This document shows, in pieces, positions 8,645-17,865 of a stretch of DNA of 64,000 bases. Every line of letters starts with the position of its first letter. Position 1 is the first letter of the stretch. Origin of the DNA: an uncultured Clostridia bacterium (GTDB lineage Bacteria; Bacillota; Clostridia; Christensenellales; Aristaeellaceae); assembly GCA_947596085.1 (NCBI GenBank), contig CANQEW010000006.1, forward strand, positions 6,977 to 70,976. Reading direction: 5' to 3'. The notes under the pieces were generated by a model, which saw nothing but the letters and a program-made list of their open reading frames with translations, was not told where the DNA came from and did not search any database. Both the position numbers and the translations under genes were made by a program.

Positions 8645-9586
8645 TCATTCCTCCATATGTGTTTCGCCCTGTGAAAGCCTGCGCCGCCACTGTTGAAAGC
8701 GCGGCTCCGGAGGCGCTTCAAACAACATCTCTTCGCCGCTGCGCGGGTGGACGAAGCCGATGCGAAACGCGTGCAGGAGCTGTCCGCCGGTCACAGGATA
8801 GGGCATTTTTTTGGGCCCATAGAGGGGATCGCCCAGCAGGGGGTGGCCGATCGAAGCCATATGTACGCGAATTTGATGCGTGCGGCCGGTGGCGAGCCGG
8901 CATTCGAGCAGCGTCGCGCCCCGCAGCCGCTCCAAAACGCGCCAGTGGGTGGTCGCTTCCCGGCCGTTGGGCACAATGGCCATGCGCTTGCGGTCGACGG
9001 GATGGCGGCCGATGGGGCCGTTCACCGTGCCTGCGTCCTCGCGAAAGCCGCCCTGCGCGATGGCCAGATAGGCGCGCTGCACGGTGTGGGCCTTGATCTG
9101 CTCCGAAAGCGACGCGTGGCTGAAGTCGTTCTTCGCCACCAGGAGCAGCCCCGAGGTGTCCTTGTCGATGCGGTGGACGATGCCCGGGCGCAGCTCGCCG
9201 CCCACGCCGGACAGGTGGTCAAGCTTCCCCAGCAGAGCATTCACCAGCGTGCCATCCGGGTTGCCCGCCGCCGGATGCACCACCATGCCCGAGGGCTTGT
9301 AGACCACGGCCAGATCGTCGTCCTGATACAGAATGTCCAGCGGGATATCCTGCGCCTGCGCGCGGGCGGGCGCGGCCTCGGGCAGATCCACCCGCACCGC
9401 GTCTCCAGCCTTGAGCTTGTATCCGGCCTTGGTCTGCACGGCCGCGTTGACGCGCACATGTCCGTCGTGGATCAGCGCGCCCGCCCGGGAGCGGGTAACG
9501 CCGGCAGCCAGCGCGGCGATCACGTCCAGCCGCTCGCCGGATTCCTCTTCGGAGACGATGTGCGTTCGCTGCTTCGCCTCATCCAT
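8645..9586 (-). CDS. rluD: RluA-family 23S rRNA pseudouridine synthase (RluD type)
   Basis: N-terminal S4-like segment, HRIDKDTSGLLLVAKN catalytic motif and GRTHQIRVH. GGAGGA RBS. Confidence 0.92.
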   Translation of the reverse strand: MDEAKQRTHIVSEEESGERLDVIAALAAGVTRSRAGALIHDGHVRVNAAVQTKAGYKLKAGDAVRVDLPEAAPARAQAQDIPLDILYQDDDLAVVYKPSGMVVHPAAGNPDGTLVNALLGKLDHLSGVGGELRPGIVHRIDKDTSGLLLVAKNDFSHASLSEQIKAHTVQRAYLAIAQGGFREDAGTVNGPIGRHPVDRKRMAIVPNGREATTHWRVLERLRGATLLECRLATGRTHQIRVHMASIGHPLLGDPLYGPKKMPYPVTGGQLLHAFRIGFVHPRSGEEMLFEAPPEPRFQQWRRRLSQGETHMEE

Positions 9587-10055
9587 GGGCCTTCCTCCAT
9601 TCCGCGAGGATCACTGAAAGCACCACGAGCCCCGCGCCCACGCAGACGAAGACGTCCGCCGGATTAAACACGGCGAAGCGCACGAAGTCCAGACGGATGA
9701 AGTCGATCACGAAGCCGTAGGCGAGCCGGTCCCAGAGGTTTCCCAGGCCACCGCCGGCGATCAGCCAAAGCCCGGCGCGCTCCAGCGTTGGCGTGTCCGG
9801 ATGGGTGAGCAGATAGCCGAGCACCCCGGCGATCAGCGCTCCGGTGAGCGCGACCAGCAGCCACGGCGCGCGATCCGAGAGCATGCTGAAGGCCGTGCCT
9901 CGGTTTTCGGCGTAGGCCCAGCTCAACACGCCGGAGATGGCCGTGCGCACGCCTGCGGGTGCGAGCGCGGCGGCCGCGGCGCGCTTGAGCAGGCGGTCCA
10001 GTGCGACCACCGGCACGATCAGCCACCAGAGCCTACATCCGCGCTTCAATTTCAT
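9579..10055 (-). CDS. lspA: Lipoprotein signal peptidase II
   Basis: AENRGTAFSML, GNLWDRLAYGFVIDFI and FNPADVFVCVG motifs. Overlaps the rluD start by 8 nt. Confidence 0.92.
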   Translation of the reverse strand: MKLKRGCRLWWLIVPVVALDRLLKRAAAAALAPAGVRTAISGVLSWAYAENRGTAFSMLSDRAPWLLVALTGALIAGVLGYLLTHPDTPTLERAGLWLIAGGGLGNLWDRLAYGFVIDFIRLDFVRFAVFNPADVFVCVGAGLVVLSVILAEWRKAHG

Positions 10056-10305
10056 GAATAACCTCCGCGATGAAACCGCCGATGAGCGGTATGTTTTCGG
10101 TAATCAATCCGCGCAGCAGCACCAGCGCCGCCGCGCCCAGCACCGTAAAACCGAAGGAGAAGCCCAGCCCCCGCAGCATGCCGTAAAAGAGGTTGGTGAG
10201 GATCAGCCTGCGGCGGTTGGACACGTGCTCGACATACTCGTCCAGCCGCATTCGCTCAAGCGTGCCGATCAGCCGTTCGATCAGTCCCCGGTCGTAGTCC
10301 TTCAC
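10033..10305 (-). CDS. DUF5665-like small membrane protein
   Basis: LERMRLDEYVEHVSNRRRLILTNLFYGMLRGLGFSFGFTVLGA...PLIGGFIAEVIHEI matches the DUF5665 pattern from memory. GTG start at 10305 follows GGAGGTG. The track's upstream ATG lies inside a terminator stem. Confidence 0.65.
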   Translation of the reverse strand: MKDYDRGLIERLIGTLERMRLDEYVEHVSNRRRLILTNLFYGMLRGLGFSFGFTVLGAAALVLLRGLITENIPLIGGFIAEVIHEIEARM

Positions 10306-10371
10306 GCACCCACCTCCGGGCACAGCTTTCCCCGTTCCGGGAAAAATATGCGGACGGAACTGCCCCAGGGA

Positions 10372-10407
10372 ATCCAAACAGCCCGTCAAACAGAGTTTGA
10401 CAGGCTG
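10372..10407 (-). terminator. Terminator after divIVA
   Basis: Minus strand reads CAGCCTGTCAAA-ctctg-TTTGACGGGCTG followed by TTTGG. Confidence 0.6.
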
Positions 10408-10422
10408 CGCTGTTTCCGTGCC

Positions 10423-10971
10423 TTATTTTTGCGCGTCGTCGCCGTTCAGGAAGGCGAGCTGCTCGCTGATCAGCTTCTTGATGCTCTCCTTGTAGGAGTT
10501 GATCTTGCCGCTGAGGCTCTCAGCTTCGGCATTGAGCCGGCTCACGTTCTGCTCCGCGTTGTCCGTGATGATCTTGGCGTGCTCGTTCGCCTCGGCTACG
10601 GTCTTTTCAGCCTGTGCGCCGGCGTCTTCGACCATCTGCTTGGCCTTTTGCTGGGCCGTGGATACCGCCTCGTCGGCGATGCGCTGAGCGCTGATCAGGG
10701 ATTCGCGAATGGCGCTCTCCAGATTCTTGAAATAGCCCTTCTCATTGTAATCGGGCAACTTCTTCTCCATCTCGGCATTGGTGGCCTCGGCCGTAGCGAG
10801 GGAGGTCTGCAGTTCCTTCACCTTCTCGCTGAGGCTGTGATTCTCCTGAAGCATTGCGCTCAATTGTTCGGCCAGTTCGTCCAGAAAATCATCCACCTGC
10901 TCCACATCGTAGCCGCTCTGCTCGACGATGGCGAATTCCTTTTCCTGAATATCCTTCACGCTGATTGCCAT
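10423..10971 (-). CDS. divIVA: DivIVA-domain cell-division protein
   Basis: MAISVKDIQEKEFAIVEQSGYDVEQVDDFLDELAEQL is the canonical DivIVA N-terminus, followed by coiled coil. AAGGAG RBS. Confidence 0.9.
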   Translation of the reverse strand: MAISVKDIQEKEFAIVEQSGYDVEQVDDFLDELAEQLSAMLQENHSLSEKVKELQTSLATAEATNAEMEKKLPDYNEKGYFKNLESAIRESLISAQRIADEAVSTAQQKAKQMVEDAGAQAEKTVAEANEHAKIITDNAEQNVSRLNAEAESLSGKINSYKESIKKLISEQLAFLNGDDAQK

Positions 10972-11008
10972 TTGTATCGCTCCTTTTCTGTGAATGGTCG
11001 AGGCTGTT

Positions 11009-11764
11009 TCAGCCAGTGTATCGAAAGAGGCGTATACCCTGTCGCCCCTTGCGTGTGAGTCCATCGAAGCTCTCCACGCGCAGCCGCCCGTAGCCGCGCA
11101 CCGAGAGCAGATCGCCCTCGTTCAACTGCGCGTCGCCGCGAAGCGCTTCCATGTGGTTGCGCTTGACCAGCCCGGCCTCGATCAGCCGCTGGGTTTCGCT
11201 TCGAGAGAGTTTCAATGCCGCCGCCAATACCGCGTCGAGCCGGAAGCTGGGTGCGGTGATCCGCAGGGAAACGCCCTCCGGCGGCCGGAGTGGGGGTGCT
11301 CCGTCGAGCCTGCGCAGCCTGAGCTTCGCGCGGCCCGCGGATTCGAGGTTGGCGAGGATGTAGTCCGCCACGTCGCGATGAGCAAACAGGCAGGCGCTTC
11401 CGTCAATTTCGAGCGGCGCGATATCGCCAATGGCGTCGCGCTCGAGCCCCAGCCCCATCACCGCTCCCAGCAGATCGCGATGGCCAGGGGAGGCGTACTT
11501 GGCGTTCCAGCTGAGCTCCAGAGGGGAGAGGGGGTAGTCCTCTTCCGCAGGGGCTTCCTCCGCGTAAAAGGCGGCGATGTAGCGCTCCGCGCCCTCGTAG
11601 CCGCCCCAGAGGGCCAGCCGCGCGCCCGCGTCGCTTGCCGCTGCGCGGCAATCCGCCTCCATTGCGGGCTCCAGAAAGCGAGTGAAACACACTCCTCCCG
11701 CGTGGGCCGCCCGCAGCGCCAGTTCGCGCAGACGCTTGACCTCCAGTTCCGCTTCCGTTCCCAT
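11009..11764 (-). CDS. ylmH: YlmH-like RNA-binding (S4 domain) division-cluster protein
   Basis: C-terminal S4 motif FRLDAVLAAALKLSRSETQRLIEAGLVKRN. The start overlaps the yggT stop (TGATG). Confidence 0.85.
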   Translation of the reverse strand: MGTEAELEVKRLRELALRAAHAGGVCFTRFLEPAMEADCRAAASDAGARLALWGGYEGAERYIAAFYAEEAPAEEDYPLSPLELSWNAKYASPGHRDLLGAVMGLGLERDAIGDIAPLEIDGSACLFAHRDVADYILANLESAGRAKLRLRRLDGAPPLRPPEGVSLRITAPSFRLDAVLAAALKLSRSETQRLIEAGLVKRNHMEALRGDAQLNEGDLLSVRGYGRLRVESFDGLTRKGRQGIRLFRYTG

Positions 11765-12051
11765 CAGCGTATGGTGCGGAAGAAAGCGTACAGCAACCAC
11801 CAGAGGCGGTTGAGAACCGACAGCCCGATCAGCGCGAAAAAGCAGGTGAAGTCCAGACGCACGCCGGTCCGCGCTATCAGCCACAGGCTCAACCGGCGAA
11901 ACGGCGATATGAAGGGCTGAATGAACGTCTCAACCCAATCCACAAGCGCGTTGCGGGCGTTGAACAGCGTCAGGAACCAGTACAGCAAAATCGCGATGCG
12001 CAGTACGCTCATGAACACCGACACCGCCTGGAAAACCCTGTAAAGCGTCAT
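11764..12051 (-). CDS. yggT: YggT-family membrane protein
   Basis: 95 aa with two hydrophobic helices and a YggT-like sequence (LLYWFLTLF...PFISPFRR). Sits in the conserved position between sepF and ylmH. Confidence 0.85.
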   Translation of the reverse strand: MTLYRVFQAVSVFMSVLRIAILLYWFLTLFNARNALVDWVETFIQPFISPFRRLSLWLIARTGVRLDFTCFFALIGLSVLNRLWWLLYAFFRTIR

Positions 12052-12082
12052 GCGGGAAATCCCTCCTCAGCGCGCCAACGGA

Positions 12083-12763
12083 TCAGTAGCGCGAGTCCGT
12101 GTCGTAGGTCTCGTTCACCTCGACGCCCGAGGGCGCGATCAGATAGGTGTGCTCGGACGCCTTTCGAATGGTGGCGTGCAGCGCGAACACCGCGCCGGAG
12201 AGGGTGTCCACGGCGCGCTGCATCAGCCGCGCGTCCAGATCGTCCATCGTGAGCACCACCGTGTTGTTCAGGATCAGATTGTCGATCACGTCGCAGCAGT
12301 CCTCCAGATTGCGAAGCGAAAACATCACCGTGCGCTGGCGGCCGGAATTGCGCTGCGGCGCGCTGCGCTGAACGTCGGCCGGAGAATCCTCGAGGCTTCC
12401 GAAGCGAGAGCTGCGCGGGGTGTAATCGTAGCGGCTCGGCTGCGGCTGGCGCGGTTCGTACTGCGATTCAGCGCGGCGAGAAGGCGCGCTATTGCCACGT
12501 TGGGACGCCTCGAAGCGGCTTCGCGACGCGTTGCGCTCCATCCGGGGCGCGCGCGTAGGCGCGTAGGAAGACGTGCGCCGGGTGGTCATCGCCGTCTGGC
12601 GCTGCGGCTGCTGACGGGGCTGCTGGCGCTGCGGCGTGTAAACCGGCTGGCGGCCGTAATTGCCCGACTGATATTCATCCTCATAATAATCCTGTGGATT
12701 TTCATCGTCGACGAGGCCGATAAACTCCAGTACCTTGCCGAGGCCGCCGCCCTTCTTCGCCAT
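12083..12763 (-). CDS. sepF: Cell division protein SepF
   Basis: MAKKGGGLGKVLEFIGLVDDE..., a low-complexity Q/R/P linker, and the C-terminal SepF core VVLTMDDLDARLMQRAVDTLSGAVFAL. GGAGGGG RBS. Confidence 0.9.
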   Translation of the reverse strand: MAKKGGGLGKVLEFIGLVDDENPQDYYEDEYQSGNYGRQPVYTPQRQQPRQQPQRQTAMTTRRTSSYAPTRAPRMERNASRSRFEASQRGNSAPSRRAESQYEPRQPQPSRYDYTPRSSRFGSLEDSPADVQRSAPQRNSGRQRTVMFSLRNLEDCCDVIDNLILNNTVVLTMDDLDARLMQRAVDTLSGAVFALHATIRKASEHTYLIAPSGVEVNETYDTDSRY

Positions 12764-12791
12764 CTGTCTTTCCCCTCCGTGTTTTTCCGTG

Positions 12792-13484
12792 TTAACTCTT
12801 CCGCGGCCGTTCGCCGAACAGTGCCCGGCCCAGCCGCACCATCGTCGCGCCCTCCTGGGCGGCCACGATGCAATCCCCAGACATGCCCATGGAGAGCGTA
12901 TCGAAGGCCGTATTCTCAATCTGCTGATCCCGCAGGCGCTCGAACCAGTCCCGCGTGCGCCGGAACAGCGGGCGCAGGGATTCCGGGTCATCCGTCAGCG
13001 GCATGATGACCATCAGTCCGCGCAGCCGCAGGCCGGGCAGTTCGGCGCAGCGCCGCACGAAGGCTTCCAACTCCTCCTCGCGCACGCCACCCTTCTGGGG
13101 CTCCCGGGCGATGTTGAGCTGCACCAGCGCGTCGAGCCGCCGGTCCGCGGCCAGCGCGCGGCGGGAAAGCTCCTGCGCCAGCGCATCGCGGTCCAGCGAC
13201 TGCACCATGTCCACCCAATCGGCGATGTATTTGACCTTGTTGGTCTGGAGCGATCCGATCAGGTGCACCTGAAAGCCCGGATGGAGCCGCTCGCGCTTCT
13301 CCATGAGCTCCTGCACGCGGTTTTCGCCGATGGTATGCAGCCCCGCCTCCCAGGCGAGGTTGACCGTCTCGACGCTCTGCGTCTTGGTTACGGCGCAGAT
13401 CTCCGCGCCGCCCCACTTCGCCGACGCGTCGGCGATGCGCTCCCGCCAGACGCGGGCGTTCTCAAGGATGGTTTCTCGTTCCAT
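12792..13484 (-). CDS. yggS: YggS-family pyridoxal-phosphate homeostasis protein
   Basis: AVTKTQSVETV, GENRVQEL, HLIGSLQTNKVK and SMGMSGD motifs. Confidence 0.92.
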   Translation of the reverse strand: MERETILENARVWRERIADASAKWGGAEICAVTKTQSVETVNLAWEAGLHTIGENRVQELMEKRERLHPGFQVHLIGSLQTNKVKYIADWVDMVQSLDRDALAQELSRRALAADRRLDALVQLNIAREPQKGGVREEELEAFVRRCAELPGLRLRGLMVIMPLTDDPESLRPLFRRTRDWFERLRDQQIENTAFDTLSMGMSGDCIVAAQEGATMVRLGRALFGERPRKS

Positions 13485-13489
13485 ATCAC

Positions 13490-14671
13490 TCACTTGATGA
13501 GCACGCGCTGACCCACGTCGAGCGCGCCCTCCACCAGAGGCTGGATCAGCGCGTTCCTGCCGTCGTTGGAGAGAACCTCCACCGGGATGAACGTGCCGCC
13601 CGGCACATCGTACAGCCATACCCCCATCTGGCCGTTCTGCTCGGTGAGCGCCTTTGTGGTCACCGACAGGCCGGAGATGGTGATGCTCAGAATCGCCTTG
13701 CCCGTACGCTGATAGATCAGCGGGCCGATGGGGTTGTCGATTTCAAATACCGCCAACAGCGTGCCCGCGCCCTTCTGGACGCTGGTGACCGAGGCGGTGA
13801 AGGCCAGATCCTCATAGCCCTGAATCTGCAGGTAGTATTCCTGGCCCACGACGGGGTTCCAGGAGGGGTCCGTGTTAACGATGGCCACATACCAGCGATC
13901 CTGATTGACCAGCCGGTACACGGGGGTGGAAGCGCTCGTATTCTGGCTCAGGCTGCCGCCTGCCAGCACCGTGCGCACGTCCTGCGCGGTGAGGGAGGGC
14001 AGGTTTTCCACGCTCAGGTCGCTCTCGTAGCCGTCCGTATAGAAGGACACCACACCCGGCGACTCCGCCGTCTCCACGCGGCGCCAGGACTGAATATTGG
14101 TCATGCGGGTGTTCTCTTCCTCATAGAGGCGGGTCAGCCGCGCGTCCTCGCGGCGGTTCTGGCGCAGATACTCCTGCCGGTTGACCATCGCTGTCTCGAG
14201 CTGCTTCGCGGCCGTGAGCAGGCTGCCCCGGGTGTCGCGGTTGACCAGGTGCTTGTATTCCAGCACCATCATGTCCACGATGGTGTCATAGCGCTCCAGC
14301 GCCGCGTCCTTGATGTTGCGCAGGATCGTGTTCTTGTGGTACTCCTGAATCTCCGATCTCGTGTCCTCCAGGCGCTGCAGCAGGCGCTCGGAATAGCCGG
14401 CGGAGTAGGTGTAGGCGATGGTGTCGCCCGCGTTGACCAGCGTATTTTCCGCGGCGATGTACTCCACGCGCGCCATGGATTCGGAAGTCACCACGCTCTC
14501 GTCGCGGATGAGCACGCAGTCCATGGTCTGGGAGTATTGGGTGTTCGCCGTCATGATGACGGCCTCGCGGCTGCCGAAGTTCAGGTGTGGACGCACGATC
14601 AGAAAGGCGATCAGCAGAACGATCAGCAGAAATATGTAAAACCTGCCGGTCACCCTTCTTCTTCTGCGCAT
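13490..14671 (-). CDS. Membrane-anchored HlyD/membrane-fusion-like protein at the head of the yggS-sepF cluster
   Basis: N-terminal anchor RFYIFLLIVLLIAFLIV, a central coiled-coil-like segment and a beta-rich C-terminus. GGAG RBS before the ATG at 14671. The family assignment is tentative. Confidence 0.5.
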   Translation of the reverse strand: MRRRRRVTGRFYIFLLIVLLIAFLIVRPHLNFGSREAVIMTANTQYSQTMDCVLIRDESVVTSESMARVEYIAAENTLVNAGDTIAYTYSAGYSERLLQRLEDTRSEIQEYHKNTILRNIKDAALERYDTIVDMMVLEYKHLVNRDTRGSLLTAAKQLETAMVNRQEYLRQNRREDARLTRLYEEENTRMTNIQSWRRVETAESPGVVSFYTDGYESDLSVENLPSLTAQDVRTVLAGGSLSQNTSASTPVYRLVNQDRWYVAIVNTDPSWNPVVGQEYYLQIQGYEDLAFTASVTSVQKGAGTLLAVFEIDNPIGPLIYQRTGKAILSITISGLSVTTKALTEQNGQMGVWLYDVPGGTFIPVEVLSNDGRNALIQPLVEGALDVGQRVLIK

Positions 14672-14755
14672 AGTCCATCGCTCCGTAAACCAGAATGTTT
14701 TTTGCGGCGCAGGGCCGCGAATGGGCATAAAACCACTACTGAAAGCCTATTTTGT

Positions 14756-14784
14756 ATTATACCCGATTATTTCATTCCGTGCAA
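14756..14784 (-). promoter_or_regulatory. Sigma-A-type promoter of the division-tail operon
   Basis: Minus strand reads TTGCAC-17 nt-TATAAT. Confidence 0.6.
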
Positions 14785-14794
14785 TGATGATGTA

Positions 14795-14824
14795 TTGACA
14801 TTTTCATGCCAAAATGATTATAAT
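14795..14824 (+). promoter_or_regulatory. Sigma-A-type promoter for lgt-pncB
   Basis: TTGACA-18 nt-TATAAT, divergent from the promoter at 14756-14784. Confidence 0.6.
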
Positions 14825-14850
14825 GGGTAAAGATTCGAGAGAGGTCGTTT

Positions 14851-15762
14851 ATGATGAAGATCACCCGCGAGGCGCTCACGCTGTTCGGCTTTGAGGTGCG
14901 CTGGTATGGGATCCTGATCGCGCTGGGCGTGCTGGCGGCGGTGCTGCTGGCGAGCCGGCGGGAAAAGCGGCTGGGGCTCAGGCCCGACACCGCGCTCAAC
15001 GTCGCGCTGATCGCCGTGCCCGTCGCCATCGTCTGCGCCCGGGCCTACTACGTGATCTTCTCCTGGGACTACTACGCCGCCCACACGGAGGATATACTCA
15101 ACATCCGTCAGGGCGGGCTGGCGATCTACGGCGGCGTGATCGGCGGCGTCCTTGCGGGCTTCATCTACTGCAAGTGCACGCGCACGAGCTTCGCCGCCGG
15201 GCTCGATCTGGCCGCGCCGTCCATCGCGCTGGGGCAGGCGGTCGGCCGCTGGGGGAACTTCTTGAACCAGGAGGCCTACGGCGGCGCGGTGGCGAATCCC
15301 AAGCTGCGGTTCTTTCCGCTGGCGGTGGAGATCGAGGGCGTGGGCTGGCACTGGGCGACGTTCTTCTACGAGTCGCTGTGGTGCGCGCTGATCGTGATCT
15401 TTCTGCTGGCGATGGAGCGCAGGTGCTTCTTCCGCAGGCGGGGGGACGTGTTTGGCTGGTATCTCTTTCTCTACGCGTTGGAGCGCGCGCTGGTGGAGGG
15501 ACTGCGCACGGACAGCCTGTATCTCGGCCCGCTGCGGGTTTCGCAGCTGTTGAGTTTGGCGGCGCTGTTGATTCTGACGCTCGCGCTGGCGCGGCGCGCG
15601 CCCAGACGAGGCGCGGCGTTCGCGCTGCCGGCTTTGACCACATTGGCGCTGGGCGCGTGTCTGGCGCTTGATGCGGCGGCGCTTGCCGTGGCGGCAGCGG
15701 CAATGCTGCTGGCGCTCACGCTCTGGCTCTATACAAGGGAGACACGGATTTACGAGGGGTGA
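14851..15762 (+). CDS. lgt: Prolipoprotein diacylglyceryl transferase
   Basis: FGFEVRWYGILIALG, QGGLAIYGGVIGG and GQAVGRWGNFLNQEAYG motifs. Confidence 0.92.
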   Translation: MMKITREALTLFGFEVRWYGILIALGVLAAVLLASRREKRLGLRPDTALNVALIAVPVAIVCARAYYVIFSWDYYAAHTEDILNIRQGGLAIYGGVIGGVLAGFIYCKCTRTSFAAGLDLAAPSIALGQAVGRWGNFLNQEAYGGAVANPKLRFFPLAVEIEGVGWHWATFFYESLWCALIVIFLLAMERRCFFRRRGDVFGWYLFLYALERALVEGLRTDSLYLGPLRVSQLLSLAALLILTLALARRAPRRGAAFALPALTTLALGACLALDAAALAVAAAAMLLALTLWLYTRETRIYEG

Positions 15763-15767
15763 AAGTG

Positions 15768-17201
15768 ATGAGAAACCTGACGATGCTCACCGATCTCTAC
15801 CAGCTTACGATGATGTACGGCTACTACAAGACCGGCATGAGGGACAACCTTGCCACGTTCGACATGTTCTATCGGAGCAAGGATGAGACGACGCACTACG
15901 CCATCATGGCGGGCTTGGAGCAGCTGATCGACTACATCCAAAACCTGCGCTTCGATGAGGATGCGCTCGCGTACCTGCGCTCGCTGGGCATCTTCGACGA
16001 GGACTTCCTCAACGAGCTTCGGCACTTTGAGTTCCACGGCGATGTGTACGCCGTGCCGGAGGGTACCATCGTATTCTCCAACGAGCCCCTGATCCGCGTG
16101 ACCGCGCCGATCTTCGAGGCGCAGCTGTTGGAGACGGCGCTGCTCAACATCATCAACCATCAGACGCTGATCGCCACCAAGGCCAGCCGCGTGGCGCAGG
16201 CCGCCCAGGGCGACACGGTGATGGAGTTCGGCCTGCGCCGCGCGCAGGGCCCGGACGCGGGCATCTACGGCGCGCGCGCCGCGATCATCGGCGGCTGCAA
16301 GAGCACCAGCAACGTGCTGACCGGCCAGATGTATTCCATCCCCATCGCGGGCACCCATGCCCACAGCTGGGTGATGTCCTTCCCGGACGAAATCACCGCC
16401 TTCCGCAAGTACGCGGAGATGTTCCCCACGAGCTGCCTGCTGCTGGTGGACACCTACGATACCCTGAAGAGCGGCGTGCCCAACGCGATTACCGTGTTCA
16501 ACGAGCTGCGCGCGGCCGGGCACGAGCCGGTGGGCATTCGCCTGGACTCGGGCGATTTGGCGTATCTGAGCCGTGAGGCGCGCAAGATGCTGGACGCGGC
16601 GGGCTTCCCGAACACCAAGATCTGCGCCTCGGGCGACCTGGACGAAAATCTGATCCGCGACCTCAAGCTGCAGGGCGCATGCATTGACACCTGGGGTGTG
16701 GGCACGAAGCTCATCACCAGCGAGGACTGCCCCTCGCTGGGCGGCGTGTACAAGATGAGCGCCGAGACCGTGGACGGCCAGGTGGTGCCGAAGATCAAGA
16801 TTTCGGAAAACCCGGTGAAGATCACAAACCCCGGCATCAAGCGGCTGTGGCGCATCTACGACGGCAAGACCGGCAAGGCCGTGGCCGATCTGATCGCGCT
16901 GGAACATGAGGAATACGACACCACCAAGCCGCTGACGATCTACGATCCCGTCAACACCTGGAAGAGCATGACGCTCACGGACTACAGCATGAAGGAGCTG
17001 CAGGTCAAGATCTTCGACAAGGGCAAGCTGGTCTACGACAGCCCGAAGCTGATGGACATCCAGAAGCACTGCGCCGAGGATCTGGACACCTTCTGGGATC
17101 AGTACAAGCGCCTGCTCAACCCGCACCGCTACAAGGTGGACCTCTCCGACAGCCTGTGGATGCTGAAGAACTCCATGCTGCAGAACTACCGCAGGAATTG
17201 A
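15768..17201 (+). CDS. pncB: Nicotinate phosphoribosyltransferase
   Basis: MRNLTMLTDLYQLTMMYGYYKTGM...IAGTHAHSW...DSGDLAYLS. The start is ambiguous (GTG 15759, ATG 15768 or ATG 15783). Confidence 0.9.
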   Translation: MRNLTMLTDLYQLTMMYGYYKTGMRDNLATFDMFYRSKDETTHYAIMAGLEQLIDYIQNLRFDEDALAYLRSLGIFDEDFLNELRHFEFHGDVYAVPEGTIVFSNEPLIRVTAPIFEAQLLETALLNIINHQTLIATKASRVAQAAQGDTVMEFGLRRAQGPDAGIYGARAAIIGGCKSTSNVLTGQMYSIPIAGTHAHSWVMSFPDEITAFRKYAEMFPTSCLLLVDTYDTLKSGVPNAITVFNELRAAGHEPVGIRLDSGDLAYLSREARKMLDAAGFPNTKICASGDLDENLIRDLKLQGACIDTWGVGTKLITSEDCPSLGGVYKMSAETVDGQVVPKIKISENPVKITNPGIKRLWRIYDGKTGKAVADLIALEHEEYDTTKPLTIYDPVNTWKSMTLTDYSMKELQVKIFDKGKLVYDSPKLMDIQKHCAEDLDTFWDQYKRLLNPHRYKVDLSDSLWMLKNSMLQNYRRN

Positions 17202-17218
17202 GGCGCGTTGACGCTGCA

Positions 17219-17250
17219 GCGCCGGGCGGCTCGAACGAGCCGCCCGGCGC
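17219..17250. terminator. Bidirectional terminator between pncB and hpf
   Basis: GCGCCGGGCGGCTC-gaac-GAGCCGCCCGGCGC, a perfect 14-bp stem. Confidence 0.7.
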
Positions 17251-17272
17251 TTGCTTGAGGGGATCTCTATGA

Positions 17273-17788
17273 TTATTCCGGCTGCAACAGGCCGTAGCTG
17301 CCGTCCTTGCGGCGGTAGAGCACGTTCATGCGGTCGCTGTCCTCGTTGGTGAAGAGGAAGAAATCGTGGCCCAGCAGCTCCATCTGGGTGATGGCGTCCT
17401 CCACGGTCATGGGCTTGACGGAGAACTTCTTCACGCGCACCACGTCGTAGCTCTGCTCCTCGTAGCTCTCCGGCGCGACCTCCACCTCGGTGGGGCGGAT
17501 GCGCTTTTCCAGCTTGGTGCGATGGCGGCGGATCTGGCTCTCCAGCTTGTCAACCGCGTGGTCGATGGAGAGGTACATGTCGTTGGAGGATTCCTCCGCG
17601 CGCAGCATCACGCCGCCGGCGTTGACCGTGATCTCGACGATGTTGCGCGCGCCCTTCTGTACCTTGAAGCGAATGGTGGCCTCCGGCTCGTCGCGGAAGT
17701 AGCGCTCGAGCTTCGAAAGCTTCTTTTCGGCGCGGGATTTCAGGCTGTCGGAGACGGCCATGTCCTTGCTCGCGTAGATATACTTCAT
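17273..17788 (-). CDS. hpf: Ribosome hibernation-promoting factor (long form)
   Basis: MKYIYASKDMAVSDSLKSRAEKKLSKLERYF...; C-terminal dimerisation domain VVRVKKFSVKPMTVEDAITQMELLGHDFFLF. The upstream 106 codons of the track ORF are shadow. Confidence 0.92.
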   Translation of the reverse strand: MKYIYASKDMAVSDSLKSRAEKKLSKLERYFRDEPEATIRFKVQKGARNIVEITVNAGGVMLRAEESSNDMYLSIDHAVDKLESQIRRHRTKLEKRIRPTEVEVAPESYEEQSYDVVRVKKFSVKPMTVEDAITQMELLGHDFFLFTNEDSDRMNVLYRRKDGSYGLLQPE

Positions 17789-17865
17789 GTAAATCGCCCC
17801 TTTATGTTCAAATCGGCAATCGCGTTCGCGATTCCCTGCCGTCTTGTTAAAAATTCTACACGCTC

